Part shown: positions 1 to 11,949 of the stretch, in pieces | Layout: every line of letters begins with the position of its first letter | Position numbering within the stretch: position 1 is the stretch's first letter | Assembly: GCA_951406725.2 (NCBI GenBank) | Contig: OX597831.1 | Coordinates: forward strand, 72,168,001 to 72,232,000 | Source of the DNA: Octopus vulgaris | Taxonomy: Eukaryota | Reading direction: 5' to 3' | DNA length: 64,000 nt | Made by a program: the position numbers and the translations under genes | Notes under the pieces: generated by a model | The model's input: the letters and a program-made list of their open reading frames with translations, nothing else | The model's database searches: none | What the model was told of the DNA's origin: nothing

Positions 1-225
1 GTCATTGGACTGTGTCCATGCTGGGGCACCACCTTGAAAGGTTTAGTTGAACAATTCAATCCCAGTATTCATTTTGTAAGTCTGGTACCAATAAGTTATA
101 GTCATAAACAAAGCAACACCGGTCGTCAAGAGGAGATGAGGGTTGCGACAAATACAAACGTATATATGCATAAACAACGGGCTTCCACGCAGTTTCCGCC
201 GACTAAATTCACTCACAAGCATCAG
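1..225 (-). mobile_element. Degenerate tRNA-derived SINE (family B) fragment
   Basis: Matches the ccatgctgg.gcacc...cgggctt...actcacaag blocks of fuller copies at 3682 and 62667. Confidence 0.7.
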
Positions 226-883
226 TATGGATTTTCTAAAGCCTTAAATTACATTTTTATAAATCCGTTTTGAGGAACCTTCAGTTCAAATGACGATGAA
301 ATATACAGAATTTTAACTCCGCTTATATTGAGTTAAAATACATAATTAACACTATGCTTTACTCTTTGTCGCCGGGGGTCAAAATACTAAATCTGATTTC
401 GTAATAATGATTATAATTGAAGCTCTTGAACAGGAAAGAAGAGATACAACGAATTAAACGATTATGAAAGTTGTAGGGGAGGCTACTCTGTCATACGTGT
501 TGATTATCCATTTCTATATTATTATGGCTTGAACGGCTCCACACATTTAGAAAAATTTGCGCGATGTTCTCTTTGCTTAGACAACGGTAACCCTGACACA
601 GCAGATTTCTGACCAAGGAGCTCCAGCCTTGACCATCCGGTTGGTTTTTCCAGGAATAGTGTATCTGGACCACATAATTAAAGTATCCTTCCTTTCTTTT
701 TAAGAGTTTTATTTGAGGTCAGATTTGAAGTAGGTGATGTTAATTTTTAACGGTTATTTTCCTATAACAAGAAATGTTTTCCATAGAAGACTGGAAACAA
801 ACAACCTCGCTAATATAACGATGATGCTCATTTGCAACCATTACATTATATCTAGACAAGAGTATACACAAACATAATATATA

Positions 884-1106
884 TTTCTTCATTGCCCACA
901 AGGGGCTAAACACAGAGAGGACAAACAAAGACAAAGGGATTAAGTCGATTACCTCGACCCCAGTGCGTAGCTGGTACTTTATTTATCGACCCCGAAAGGA
1001 TGAAAGGCAAAGTCGACCTCGGCGGAATTTGAACTCAGAACGTAACGGCAGACGAAATACGGCTACACATTTCGCCCGGCGTGCTAACGATTCTGCCAGC
1101 TCGCCA
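884..1106 (-). mobile_element. tRNA-derived SINE (family A), full length
   Basis: Head ggcgagctggcaga, B-box-like gagttcaaattcc, tail gccc..tgtggg...aagaaata; many homologous copies in the window. Confidence 0.9.
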
Positions 1107-1383
1107 CCAAACACAAACATAATACAGTATAGTAAGGCAACAGAGTAATGTCGTTAGTAGGAGAAGTTAGGTAGGTGAAGAAGGAGGGTGTTATACTGTC
1201 ATTGAATAAATTAAGTTAAAAGAAGTTCCCTTAATTAATTCATTCAGTTACAGTAATTAAGCTTCCTCCTTTGCCTTCATAACCTCTCCTACTAATGGTG
1301 TTACCCTGTCGTCTTACTATACTATACTAAAACCATGTTACCTGAGATACACCAACACATTATTACACAAACATACATATAAA

Positions 1384-1912
1384 CATCATCATCGTTTAAC
1401 GTCCGCTTTCCATGCTAGCATGGGTTGGACGAATGACTGAGGGCTGGCGAACCAGATGGCTGCACCAGGCTCCAATCTTGATCTGGCAGAGTTCCTACAG
1501 CTGGATGCCCTTCCTAATGCCAACCACTCCGAGAGTGTAGTGGGTGCTTTTACAGGCCACCGGAAGGGAGGCCAGTCAGGCAGTACTGGCAATGACCTCA
1601 CTCGAATCTTTTTACACATGCCACCGGCACAGGTGCCAGTAAGGCGACGTTGGTAACGATCACGCTCGAATGGTGCCCTTTTACGTGCACGGAAGCCAGT
1701 TGGCTGCTCTGGCAACGATCACGCTTGGATGGTGCTCTTTGCACCCTACTAGCACGGGCACAAGTGCCAGTAAGGCGACACTGGTAATGATCACACTTAA
1801 ATAGTATCCTTTTATGTGCCACTGGCACAGAAGCCGGTTAGCTGCTCTGTCAAATGATCACACTCGTATGGTGCTCTTTGCACCTCGCTAGCACGGATGC
1901 CAGTCATCGAAT
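1384..1912 (-). mobile_element. SINE family C with internal ~50-bp tandem subrepeats and (ATG)n tail
   Basis: Reverse complement of ...ccaacccatgctagcatggaaagcggacgttaaacgatgatg; repeated gtgccaccggcac units. Confidence 0.85.
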
Positions 1913-2502
1913 TTGAATTATTGATGTTACATATTTAATGAATGTGTTTTGTTTTTAATGCTTGGAATTTCATTAGAGGAACGTCCCTTTAAGACATCAA
2001 ATGTGTTAGAAAAGACAAAACACTTCAAAACCAAGCAAAACAAACTGCCGCATAGGGGAACGCAAAGAGTGGATATGTGACATCAATAATGTTTATATCA
2101 TTTTCAGCAGATTCCAAATTGGTGAGCTGGCAGAATCATTAGCATGCTGGGCAAAATGCTTGGTGGCCATTTCATCTGCCTTTATGTTCTGAGTTCAAAT
2201 TCCACCAAGGGATTGATCTAATTGACTTACCCCTCCCCTGAAACTGCAGCCTTGTGCCAAAACTTGAAAGCACTATTAGAGTTAATTCTAATTATAAATT
2301 AATTTTGTTTTAATTGTGCAGCACGGTTGCGCATTGGTAGATAAAATTTTATGCTATTTGCATATGTAGAAGTGATCTGAATTTGTTTTAAGGGTGACTC
2401 AAACATACGGTGCTGAGGCTGAGTAGAAATAACAGTGAAATACTGATGTTGTTCTTGTTCACCAAATGGGTAATTAGTTTCACCAGCCAGAGCAGCAATC
2501 TG

Positions 2503-2920
2503 ACTTCTGTGCCGGTGGCACATAAAAAGCACCATTTGAGCATGATTGTTACCAGCGTCGCCTTACTGGCACTTGTGCTGGTGGCACTTGGAAAAACATT
2601 CAAGCGAGGTCGTTGCCAGTGCCGCTGGACTGGCTCCTGTGCAGGTGGCACGTAAAAAACACCATTTGAGCGTGGCCATTGCCGGTACCGCCTGACTGGC
2701 CTTCGTGCCGGTGGCATGTAAAAGCACCCACTACACACTCGGAGTGGTTGGCGTTAGGAAGGGCATCCAGCTGTAGAAATCCTGCCAGATCAGATTGGAG
2801 TCTGATGCAGCCATCTGGCTCGCAAGTCCTCAGTCAAATCATCCAACCCATGCTAGCATGGAAAGCGGACGTTAATCGATGATGCTAAATGATGATGATG
2901 ATGATGATGGTGATGATGAG
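2503..2920 (+). mobile_element. SINE family C
   Basis: Same body and (GAT)n tail as 1384-1912, opposite orientation. Confidence 0.85.
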
Positions 2921-3681
2921 GGTTACAGGTATTCAAAATTTTATAACATGCTAAGTCTTAAAAGGACTTTCTTTTGATGAAATTCTACAGCTAATAAGCA
3001 TTTAAGCAAAGCACATACACTCTGTGACATCGATAATGCTATATTTTTTGAGCTACTTCAAATTCAAAATTTAATACACACACACACAGGTATACATACT
3101 TTTTGTAAGAGCTGAAAAGATCTTCACAATCTATTATGCACAAGTTTCACATTACCATTCATCGGACAGTATGATCAAAACTATCTGACAAATGGTAATG
3201 CAAACTCTGAGTAACAATTTGTGAAGATTTTTTCAGCTTTAATAAAAAAAATATATTACTCTACCTTTGGCATTCACGTACTATTTTTTCACCTTGTTTT
3301 GCATTCATATGCTTACTTGTGTGTGTGTGAATTTTTTTGTGTAATGAGAAAAAAAAAACCAAGGCTGTATAGATATTAGAGCATTTATAGATAGAAGGTC
3401 TTACAGCTGTTTCTAGGATATTAATTAATAATATCCCTTCATCGGAGATGGTGTGAGAGGAAAAATTAAGTCATAGTTAGTTTAGATGTGATACAAAATA
3501 GAGAGTGAGGTGGAGGAAAGAAAATAGATGTAAGATACGTATGGGTATTGAATTCGAAAATCCGTTTTATAGGCATCATGGTATATATGTGTAATATTCC
3601 AATATCCTTTGAGTAAAATCCAAAAGTCCAACAGAGTTTAATATGAGTCCATCAAGATGTAGAGTTTATAAGTAATGTACA

Positions 3682-3865
3682 CTCTCTTTTTACTTGTTTC
3701 AGTCATTTTGACTGCGGCCATGCTGGAGCACTGCCTTGAATCGAGCAACTTGACCCCAGGACTTATTCTATCGGTCTCTTTTGCCGAACCACTAAGTGAC
3801 AGTGACATAAACACACCAGCATCGGTTGTCAAGCAATGCTAGGGGGGACAAACACAGACACACAA

Positions 3866-3898
<33 letters not shown>

Positions 3899-4072
3899 CA
3901 CATATATACGACGGGCTTCTTTCAGTTTTCGTCTACCAAATCCACTCACAAGGCATTGGTCGGCAGGAGGCTATAGTAGAAGACACTTGCCCTAAGTTCC
4001 ACGCAGTGGGACTGAACCTGGAACCATGTGGTTGGTAAACAAGCTACTTACCACACAGCCACTCCTGCGCCT
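3682..4072 (-). mobile_element. tRNA-derived SINE (family B), near full length, internal (CA)/(TA) tract
   Basis: Head aggcgcaggagtggctgtgtggtaagtagc, B-box-like ggttcagtccc, tail gactgaaacaagtaaaa. Confidence 0.9.
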
Positions 4073-4339
4073 ATATATATACATATGTATGTATATATAT
4101 ATATATATATATAAAACATCATTCAGTTTCCATTTCCCAAATCCACTCACAATGCACCACACATGAATCTGCTGAGAAGCAAACTTCCTAACTGCACAGC
4201 CTCACTTGCACCTGTCATATTTATGATATTTGCATAAATCAAGAAATGTAACTTCAAAACTTTGGACATCTGTCATAATTATCTTGGATCATGAATGTTA
4301 TTTAAACAGCACAGCATCAAACTGTTCTCCACATTGAAC

Positions 4340-4830
4340 TCGTCTCTCTCCATCCGCTCAGTCGAAGTCGACTCTCGGTTACTCGTTGGATCAGTGTCCT
4401 CCAGTCAGTTCTATCCTGGGCCGCTTTCTTCAGATTGGCCATGTCCATTCTGGTATCACTCTTGATGGTGTCAAGCCAGCGGGTTCTTGGTCGGCCTCTT
4501 CCTCTCTTGCCACTGACCATTCCGAGCATGATGTCCTTCTCCAGGGATTTTCTCCGCATAATATGACCGAAATATACCAATCTATGCTTGGTGATCCAAG
4601 CTTCTGGCGATATTTTCGGCCTGATCTGCTTAACAACTTCTCCATTGGTGAGCCTCACTGTCCATGGAATCCGCAAAAGTCTTCTCCAACACCTAAGCTC
4701 GAATGCATTAATTCTCTTTGGGTCAGCTTTCTTTAGTGTCCAGGCCTCGCATCCATATGTTGCTATTAGGAAGACAATTGCATTCACCAATCTGCATTTG
4801 GTAGCGAGTCTGATGTCTCTACTCTTCTAG
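4340..4830 (-). mobile_element. RTE-clade LINE 3' fragment
   Basis: ORF 4317-4790: YGCEAWTL...AFELRCWRRLLRIPWT...YFGHIMRR...GKRGRGRPRTRWLD, the typical RTE/BovB-type ORF2 C-terminus. Confidence 0.9.
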
Positions 4831-5032
4831 GCCCTTCTATCTATATGCATGTGTGTGTGTTTGACCCCACCACTATTACAACTTGACAACCAGCATTGGT
4901 TTGTTTATATCCATTGTATCGTTAATATCCCGTCGCCACTTTTGTATCATGGTAAACCAACTGTCTCCACCTGATGCATTCCTAAATACTCTGCCAATGA
5001 ATGTAACCAATCCAAAACAACTCTCAACGAAC

Positions 5033-5600
5033 TATTGGGTTGTCTGGAAAGTTCGGTCCGATTTTTAAAGGAAAGAAAAAGGTCAATAAATACTTGCCAT
5101 TACATTTTTAATTAACCAAATATGAACTATTTTGTTGCACAATGTCTCCATCTTTCCTTTTACTTGAAAATACCCACTTCCCAGAATTGAGGTGGTCTCA
5201 TGGCAAAGAATTCATCAAGGTATTTTTTTATGTCATCCAAGGAATTGAAATTTTTACCATTAAGACTATTTTGCAGAGACCTGAATAAGTGGAAATCCGA
5301 AGGAGCAATATCTGGTGAATAGGGAGGGTGGGGTAACACATCCCAGCCGAGCTGCAGCAGTTTTTGTCTGGTTCCCAAAGTATCAAGTGCTGAAAATGAA
5401 CTTTCTTATCTTCCATTTTAAAGGGTTACAGAATTAACACAGGTTATAGGAACATAAACCTTCTTCCATGAAAAGATAGCTTAAACTGTGCTCTAAATGG
5501 AGATGTAATCAAATCCTATTTCATGGACTCAACCATGTTCTAAAATAAGTCAAAAGGTAAGCTACTATAAATCGGCACGACCTTTCCGGACAACTCAATA
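5033..5600 (-). mobile_element. Internally deleted mariner with both TIRs
   Basis: TA-flanked ~30-bp imperfect TIRs (tattgggttgtctggaaagttc / gacctttccggacaactcaata). Remnant WDVLPHPPYSPDIAPSDFHLFRSLQN at 5160-5378. Confidence 0.92.
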
Positions 5601-6122
5601 TAACAACTTCTCAGCAATTTCCTGTGAATCCACAAACTCACGAACGACACCTTTCAACTTCCTGCGATTTCTCATCTCTTGCTCAGTCAAACACGCTGCT
5701 ACTTATACAAGGTTCAGCTAGTCCATTCTCACAGGGGGAGGGTGTCTTGATCCTCGCCATAACCGTACCCCTGTAACTTGTCAGTTCAGTAAAAGCGACC
5801 AATAGAGTAGGTAACTGACTTAAAATAAAAAAAAACAAGTGCAAGGGTTGATTTATTTGACCAAACTCTTTCGGGTGATGTCCCAGCACAGCTGCGGTCC
5901 AAGGAGGGAAGCAAGCAAAAGATAAAAGATGGGGGATTCATTGGAACTAAGCAACAACAGTGTCCTGGTGAACTATAGAAGTCACTTAAATAGACATTAT
6001 GCTTGACAATTCTAAACGAAGGATATTGGATCATTTCATGATCACGTTTTTCCAGAATACCTTTTGTGTAAGATTTAATAAAGATAGGTATCATATGAGC
6101 ATAACTAGAGATTTATATGGGA

Positions 6123-6503
6123 CTAGCACTATGACCCGGCGTTGCTGGGTCATAGTGCTAGTGCATGCATATACAGCTGCGCACGTGCATGCGCACATAC
6201 ATGCGAGTACTGTCCAAATCTCTGACCAACCACACACAGCTAGGTGACATTCAATTGGCGTATCAAGTTTCGGGCATTTTGATTGGGTTTTGGATAGAAA
6301 ATTCACAAAAAAGTCACTTCTATTGATTTTTTAATGACTTTGCGGGGGTGACTGGGGAAATGTAAAGATGTGCACGGCCACCCTTGGACGGTTTTGAATG
6401 ACCATAGAAAGTGCGAGCCCTCTAACTGAAAAATTGTGGATTTGTATAAAGGATACACACACTGACACACAGAAAGACATTTTGCTGTTTATATATAAAG
6501 AGA
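6123..6503 (-). mobile_element. Non-autonomous Helitron
   Basis: Minus strand starts TC (a|TCTCTTTATAT) and ends with a GC-rich hairpin then CTAG|t; sits in an AT dinucleotide with no TSD. Confidence 0.75.
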
Positions 6504-6984
6504 TGCCACAGAGAAAGAGTAAGGAGTGAAAGTGTGAGTGGTCTCAGAGGCGATAACTTGTTGTTACATCTTACATACATTCAAATGCTACTGAGGTCTA
6601 CTTTGCTCTTCATTGTTTCAGGGATGATAAGTTTAGTACCAGTCCAGTAGAGCCCTGGAGTCAATGTAATTGACAATAGCCCTCTCACAAAATTTCAGAC
6701 CCCGTGCCTATGGTAGAAAGAATCGTTACATCTCAGGATTGTATGGTTTCAGAGTCATAAGGTAGGGGAGATAACACTGTACGATCTTCATGCATTGCTC
6801 AAAGTCTGAAGTGACACAGATGAAGTGAAACGACCTCAACCAGGAAAACAAATGAAATGATGAACTCCTTTTACGAAAAACTCACCTTTACATTATGGTG
6901 CTTTATACAAAAGAGATTATAAATTCGGAAATATTAAATTTCTAAATATCTCATAGAGATATGTACGGTGGTGGGGCGATAGAG

Positions 6985-7188
6985 TGGTTGTATACTGTCA
7001 ACTTAATGTGACAGCCCTGTAAGGGAATTACACCACCGCTGTTTAGCCCTAGGAAGCATCGACGCTTCCTGTTGGCCTCGACACACAGGAAATGTGTCAA
7101 GGTCGACAGGGAGCGTCGATGCTTCCTAGGGCTAAACAGCGGTGGTGTAATTCCCTTACTGTCACGTTAAGTTGACAGTATACAACCA
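6985..7188. repeat. ~200-bp near-perfect foldback palindrome
   Basis: tggttgtatactgtcaacttaa...ctaggaagcatcgacgc is mirrored by gcgtcgatgcttcctag...ttaagttgacagtatacaacca. Confidence 0.95.
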
Positions 7189-7224
7189 GATTATAAATTG
7201 TAAAATAAGAAATAAGTTACTAAC

Positions 7225-7282
7225 TTGCGTAGTCTTGCAAACAACTTCCACAGACTGCACAGTCGGGGTAGGGCTTGTATTC
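7225..7282 (-). CDS. MTFMT: MTFMT second coding exon (58 nt)
   Basis: Acceptor ttttcttgatcttgaag|G completes the phase-2 codon (AT+G). Reads NTSPTPTVQSVEVVCKTTQ, aligning to the 'LEVVT' strand of MTFMT. Donor CAA|gttagt. Confidence 0.8.
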
Positions 7283-8719
7283 CTTCAAGATCAAGAAAAG
7301 AAATTAAACTTTACAGAGACATACATCAATGCAGATAGAAACTGGTAACTGAGCAACTGCCTGGTAGAGTAAAAGTTAAGCTTCTGATGAACCATGACTA
7401 CAATTTCACTTTCAAGGTGTCTTTTACATATCATGCATCACTGGCACTGGGAACTTTTATGAGTCACTGGCATGGGTATCTTTCACATGTCCCTGACACA
7501 GGTGCCTTTTGCATGTCACCAGCATGGGTGCTTTTATTTGGCTCCAGCATCCTTTCACTTTCATAATTTCTGGAAAAACATTAACCATCTTTAGCTTTAT
7601 TTCTGAGTCTCTGTCTACACGAAAAAAAATACATATTCCATAAGAGTGTTTATCAGCCAATGTAGTAATTAGGGTAACAGCGAAAAATCTGTGTGCATGT
7701 AAAGACAGAGGTGGCTGTGTGGTTAAGAAGGATGCTTCCCAATCTCTTAGTTTTGGGTTCAGTCCCACTGTGTTGCAGCTTGGGCTAGGGTCTACTATGA
7801 CAACCCTGGGCCAACCAGAGTTTTGAGGTTTGTGCATGCAGTTACCCAAAATAAAGAGAGTAAAAGAGAGACAGAGGGATACAAGCACACACATACATAC
7901 ATCTGTATTAATTTCGCCCATAACATATGTCATCAGACATACAGCCATAGAAATTATGCCAAAGCAGACACTATAGCACAATGCAGTCCTTGGAAACAGG
8001 TGAGAGTAAGCGAGAGGGAGAGCATCCAGCTATAGAAAAATCCCCTCAATAAACTCTGTCCGACCCATGAAAGTGTAGTGACTAGGGAAGCCATATTTGG
8101 GTTGCTGCACATTAGTGCAGTGGTGCATTATCCACTTCAACCAATTACAGCTGGCTGCGGAAGGATACCGATAGCAACTTCTGCCCAGCAGTACACCAAC
8201 ATAAGTTATTTCGGCTTCCCTGGCTCACATACATACCTTACATACACATACAGGCCTCAACTCCCACTACTGGTCTGCGGTTAAACATTATTCCTCTTTT
8301 CCTACCTGCTAGCACTCTTGACACTACAAAATAAAGTTTAATGTTATTTTATAAATTCGCCATCTGGGTATTCTTTATCAACGCCTCTGTAAGGAATCAT
8401 CTTAAAGAGGATTCTTTCTTTAAACTGCCTTCCGAAACTATCTTCTATACCCATCATGTTACACAACAAACACATTGCATATAGGAGACTTTATTCACTA
8501 TTCTCATTAGCAACTCTTTCCTCTACTAGCTACATTACTAAAAATACAAATATTACAAAAGCATGGAATAGTGGACATTAATACAATGATGATGATGATG
8601 TACAAAATATCTGATCATAAGCCTGCTCAACCTAAGATGATGTAGGGAGGAAGCTAAACAACATAATATTTTCTAAAACAATCAATCAATCATCGTCATC
8701 ATCATCATAATTGCCCAGG

Positions 8720-9240
8720 ATATTAATCGTCTGGAAGCCGTTCAGCGACGTGCAACCAAAAGAATACCCTCCATCAGGCATTTGCCATATTCTGAACGCC
8801 TTACTTCCCTGGACATGGAAACATTGAAACTCCGACGTCTGGCAGCTGACTTGGCAGACACCCATAAAATTATTAACCATCTTACAAACAATAACTCTGA
8901 GCACCTTTTCAAACTCCACCTGTCTAACACTCGTGGACATGTTTACAAAGTCAGAAAACAGCACAGCTCCCATGACTTTCGGAAACCTTTTATCACGCTA
9001 AGAGTTGCTGAAGCATGGAACAGACTGCCGGCATCAGTTGTTAGTTGTCGGAGCACTGCATCCTTCAAAACTTCCATGCTTCCTGAGATTCGCCAACACT
9101 ACACCTGAATTTTCTCCCCTCCATACACACGTAAGCATGTATCTGACTCATACACTGTTCACTTCACAGACATTTGTACATTACTGCATATACTTTATAC
9201 ACACTTTCTGACAATTGTGGTGCACCTGATTTCATTATTA
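8720..9240 (+). mobile_element. CR1/L2-type LINE 3' fragment
   Basis: LEAVQRRATKRIP...YSERL...RRL..DL...TRGH..K...RVAEAWNRLP, the canonical CR1-group ORF2 C-terminus. Confidence 0.9.
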
Positions 9241-9245
9241 TAACC

Positions 9246-9555
9246 ATCATTAAATGTCTGTTTTTCCATGCTGGCATGGGTTAGGTGGTTCAACTGGAGA
9301 TGGTAAGCTGGAGAGCAGCACCAGGATCCAGTCTGTCTTGGTTCGGTCTCTTCAGCTGGATCCCCTTACTAACACCATCCACTCCACAGAGTGTAACTGG
9401 GTGTCTTTTACATATCATGCATCACTGGCACTGCTGCCTTTTATGTGCCACTGGCATGGGTACCTTTCACATGTCACTGACACAGGTGCCTTCTGCATGT
9501 CACCAGCATGGGTGCTTTTATATGTCAGTGGCACAGGTCACAACCATGATGTCAC
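9246..9555 (-). mobile_element. Old CpG-decayed SINE family C
   Basis: ccatgctggcatgggtt...cagctggat...atgtgccactggca units. Confidence 0.75.
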
Positions 9556-9598
9556 TTAATGTGTATAATAATTACTCTAAGTTGCAGTGTATACTTAC

Positions 9599-9846
9599 AT
9601 ATTATCAATAAGTTTTTTCAAAGTTTCCATAGAAAATGCATCAGAACCAAAGAATAGAATATTCCAAGGAGGTTTTTCCTTTCGAACTGTTTTGCTTGTC
9701 TTTGAGGATTCATGTAATTTTCTAATATTGATTCTGGATTTGAAAAGTTTGGAACAGAAGGTATTAAGAGATGGCCATAACTGCCCTAAGTTTTTATCTA
9801 ACAAATGATATCTACAGATTCTTATTGAAAAGTTAGCAGCATTCAT
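9599..9846 (-). CDS. MTFMT: Mitochondrial methionyl-tRNA formyltransferase, first coding exon (exon begins at acceptor 9921 and includes 5'UTR)
   Basis: Translation MNAANFSIRICR...VRKEKPPWNILFFGSDAFSMETLKKLIDN matches the recalled MTFMT N-terminal motif (human REKPPWRVLFFGTDQFA). It is preceded by a basic, Ser-rich presequence-like segment. Acceptor ttctttaaattgcag|G at 9922/9921; donor AT|gtaagt at 9599/9598 (phase 2). Confidence 0.9.
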
Positions 9847-10424
9847 TGTCGCGGCTCCAAGATTTGATAGTGAGATCTTCAAGGATCTGCTTGTGATGTT
9901 GTCTATTGGTTAATCCATTACCTGCAATTTAAAGAAGGATTAATAAAGAGATAAAGAGAGTGAAAGAGAAAAAGAGAGATAGATGGATACATGCACACAC
10001 ATACACACATCTAGAGCAATCTTTCCCATAACAGCCATAGGAACGATACCACAGCAGATCTTGGAACACGATGTAATCCTTGGAGCCATCGGGTCCTGTC
10101 AAACCGTCCAACTCATGACAGCATGGAACAGATGTTAAATGATGATGATAATGATGACAGGGGTATAATGGACACAAAGAGGCCTTTACTTGACCAGGTG
10201 AAGCCCCTTCCTCTCCAAGCTATATCCCCAGAAGGATGTGAACTAAGCATTGCAAACTAATGAAAACAATTATCTATTATTCAGTATAACCAATTATTAA
10301 CACTTGTTCACCATATTAACATAGTGCCTATATACAGCTAAGATGACTGAGCCATTTGACAGTTACTTTCACAATAAACAGACACAATACAGGTAAAAGA
10401 ATACAGACTAGCAAGTTATATTGT

Positions 10425-10775
10425 CATTCATCATCATCGTTTAACGTCCGTTTTCCGTGCTAGCATGGGTTGGACGGTTCGACCGGGGTCTGGGAAGCCA
10501 GGGGCTGCACCAGACTCCAGTCTGATCTGGCAGTGTTTCTACAGCTGGATACCCTTCCTAACGCCAACCACTCCGCGAGTGTAGTGGGTGCTCTTTACGT
10601 GCCACCTGCACAGGTGCCAGGGGGGTCTGGCATCAGCCACGATCGGTTGGTGCTTTTAACGTGCCACCGGCACGGAAGCCAGCCAAGGCGGCGCTGGCAT
10701 CGGCCACGGTCGGATGGTGCTTTTTATGTGCCACCGGCACAGAAGTCAGTCGAGGCGGTGCTGGCAACGGCCATG
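10425..10775 (-). mobile_element. SINE family C
   Basis: catcatcgtttaacgtccg...gctagcatgggttggacg and gtgccaccggcac subrepeats. Confidence 0.85.
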
Positions 10776-11654
10776 TTCTCCCACAATATTTATTTCTAGT
10801 TAGCTTTTTATGGGTCATTGCATTAAATATACTGAGGCTGATTTAACTCTTGTTTTACAAGCAGCTGGCGTCTCTGAGTAATTTATCCTTTCTCACTGTC
10901 AGCTGATGTATGCCCTGTTGAACCACCCGACAACTTCACCCACTGCACTCATAGATATTTGAATATTCTCCCTGCTGTTGACCACTAAACTGTTAAGGTT
11001 GCAATGAAAACATCTATCATCTGACAGACTAATCTAATGGTACCTATTTACAGCTAGGTAGACTGAGCCATGAATATTAAAGTGTTATACCTGAGACAAT
11101 ACTCAATACAAAGTGAATTACCAACACTGACCAAGTAAATTATGGTGTTCTTGAAATGTCACCTAATCAATCATTTTTCAAAAGAATGATTCAATAATTG
11201 TTGATATTCATCAATAAAACGTTAAGCTTAATCCTAATCATTCCTCTAATCAGTCATTTAAAAATAACAGTTTCTAATTAGTAAAAAAATAATGAAAGAG
11301 TCCGAATACCTCTTAGCAAGTCTCAGTGAATTAATTCTACTTAAACTGAAGACATCCTCAATGAATCAATAAATATATGAACTGAACAACTTCTCCAGTC
11401 AACTGGCCGAGTTGTTCCCTTCAAGCAGTTGACATAAGTTCCTTAAAATTCACACAAAATATTCGGTGGGGGGCGCTGTTTTGAACAATACCCATTACCC
11501 TCAAACAAGAGTTAATTTACTATTATCAACATTAAAGAATGAGAAATAAATATATAACAAATTCTGGAGAAAAAAGTGACAAAAACTTTGTATTTTGCCA
11601 AAGAAAGCTACAATAATGTTTTAGTGAAAGTTAAAGAATGTTAATACAACATAA

Positions 11655-11871
11655 CAGTGATACTCAACCATTTTTTGCCTTTGGCCAGATTAATTCCTAT
11701 TTTATTCTACTGGGTCCCTAAAGCCATTCGATGCTTTAAAAAAATTATAATGTTTTTTATGATAAAATATCATAAAGAATTGCATAAAAATATTGTATTG
11801 CTCAAACTTTTGCAGAAAAATCACATATGGACAGCGCCAAGGGTCATATGGACTCCACTTGAAAACTATTG
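11655..11871. mobile_element. hAT-like MITE (degenerate)
   Basis: CAGTGATACTCAACC...TTGAAAACTATTG termini. Body homologous to 55109-55365. Confidence 0.6.
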
Positions 11872-11949
11872 CAATATAGGGCCAGATATGTAATAAAGGA
11901 AATAAAAATAAACCAATGTTAGTTCATGGATCTTTAAGAGCAATAAATA

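Noticed and set aside
2299-2500. Possible third MTFMT exon (ESPLKQ...)
   Set aside because: Lacks the expected WP and GVVASFG motifs and runs into a stop; the next exon is probably outside the window.
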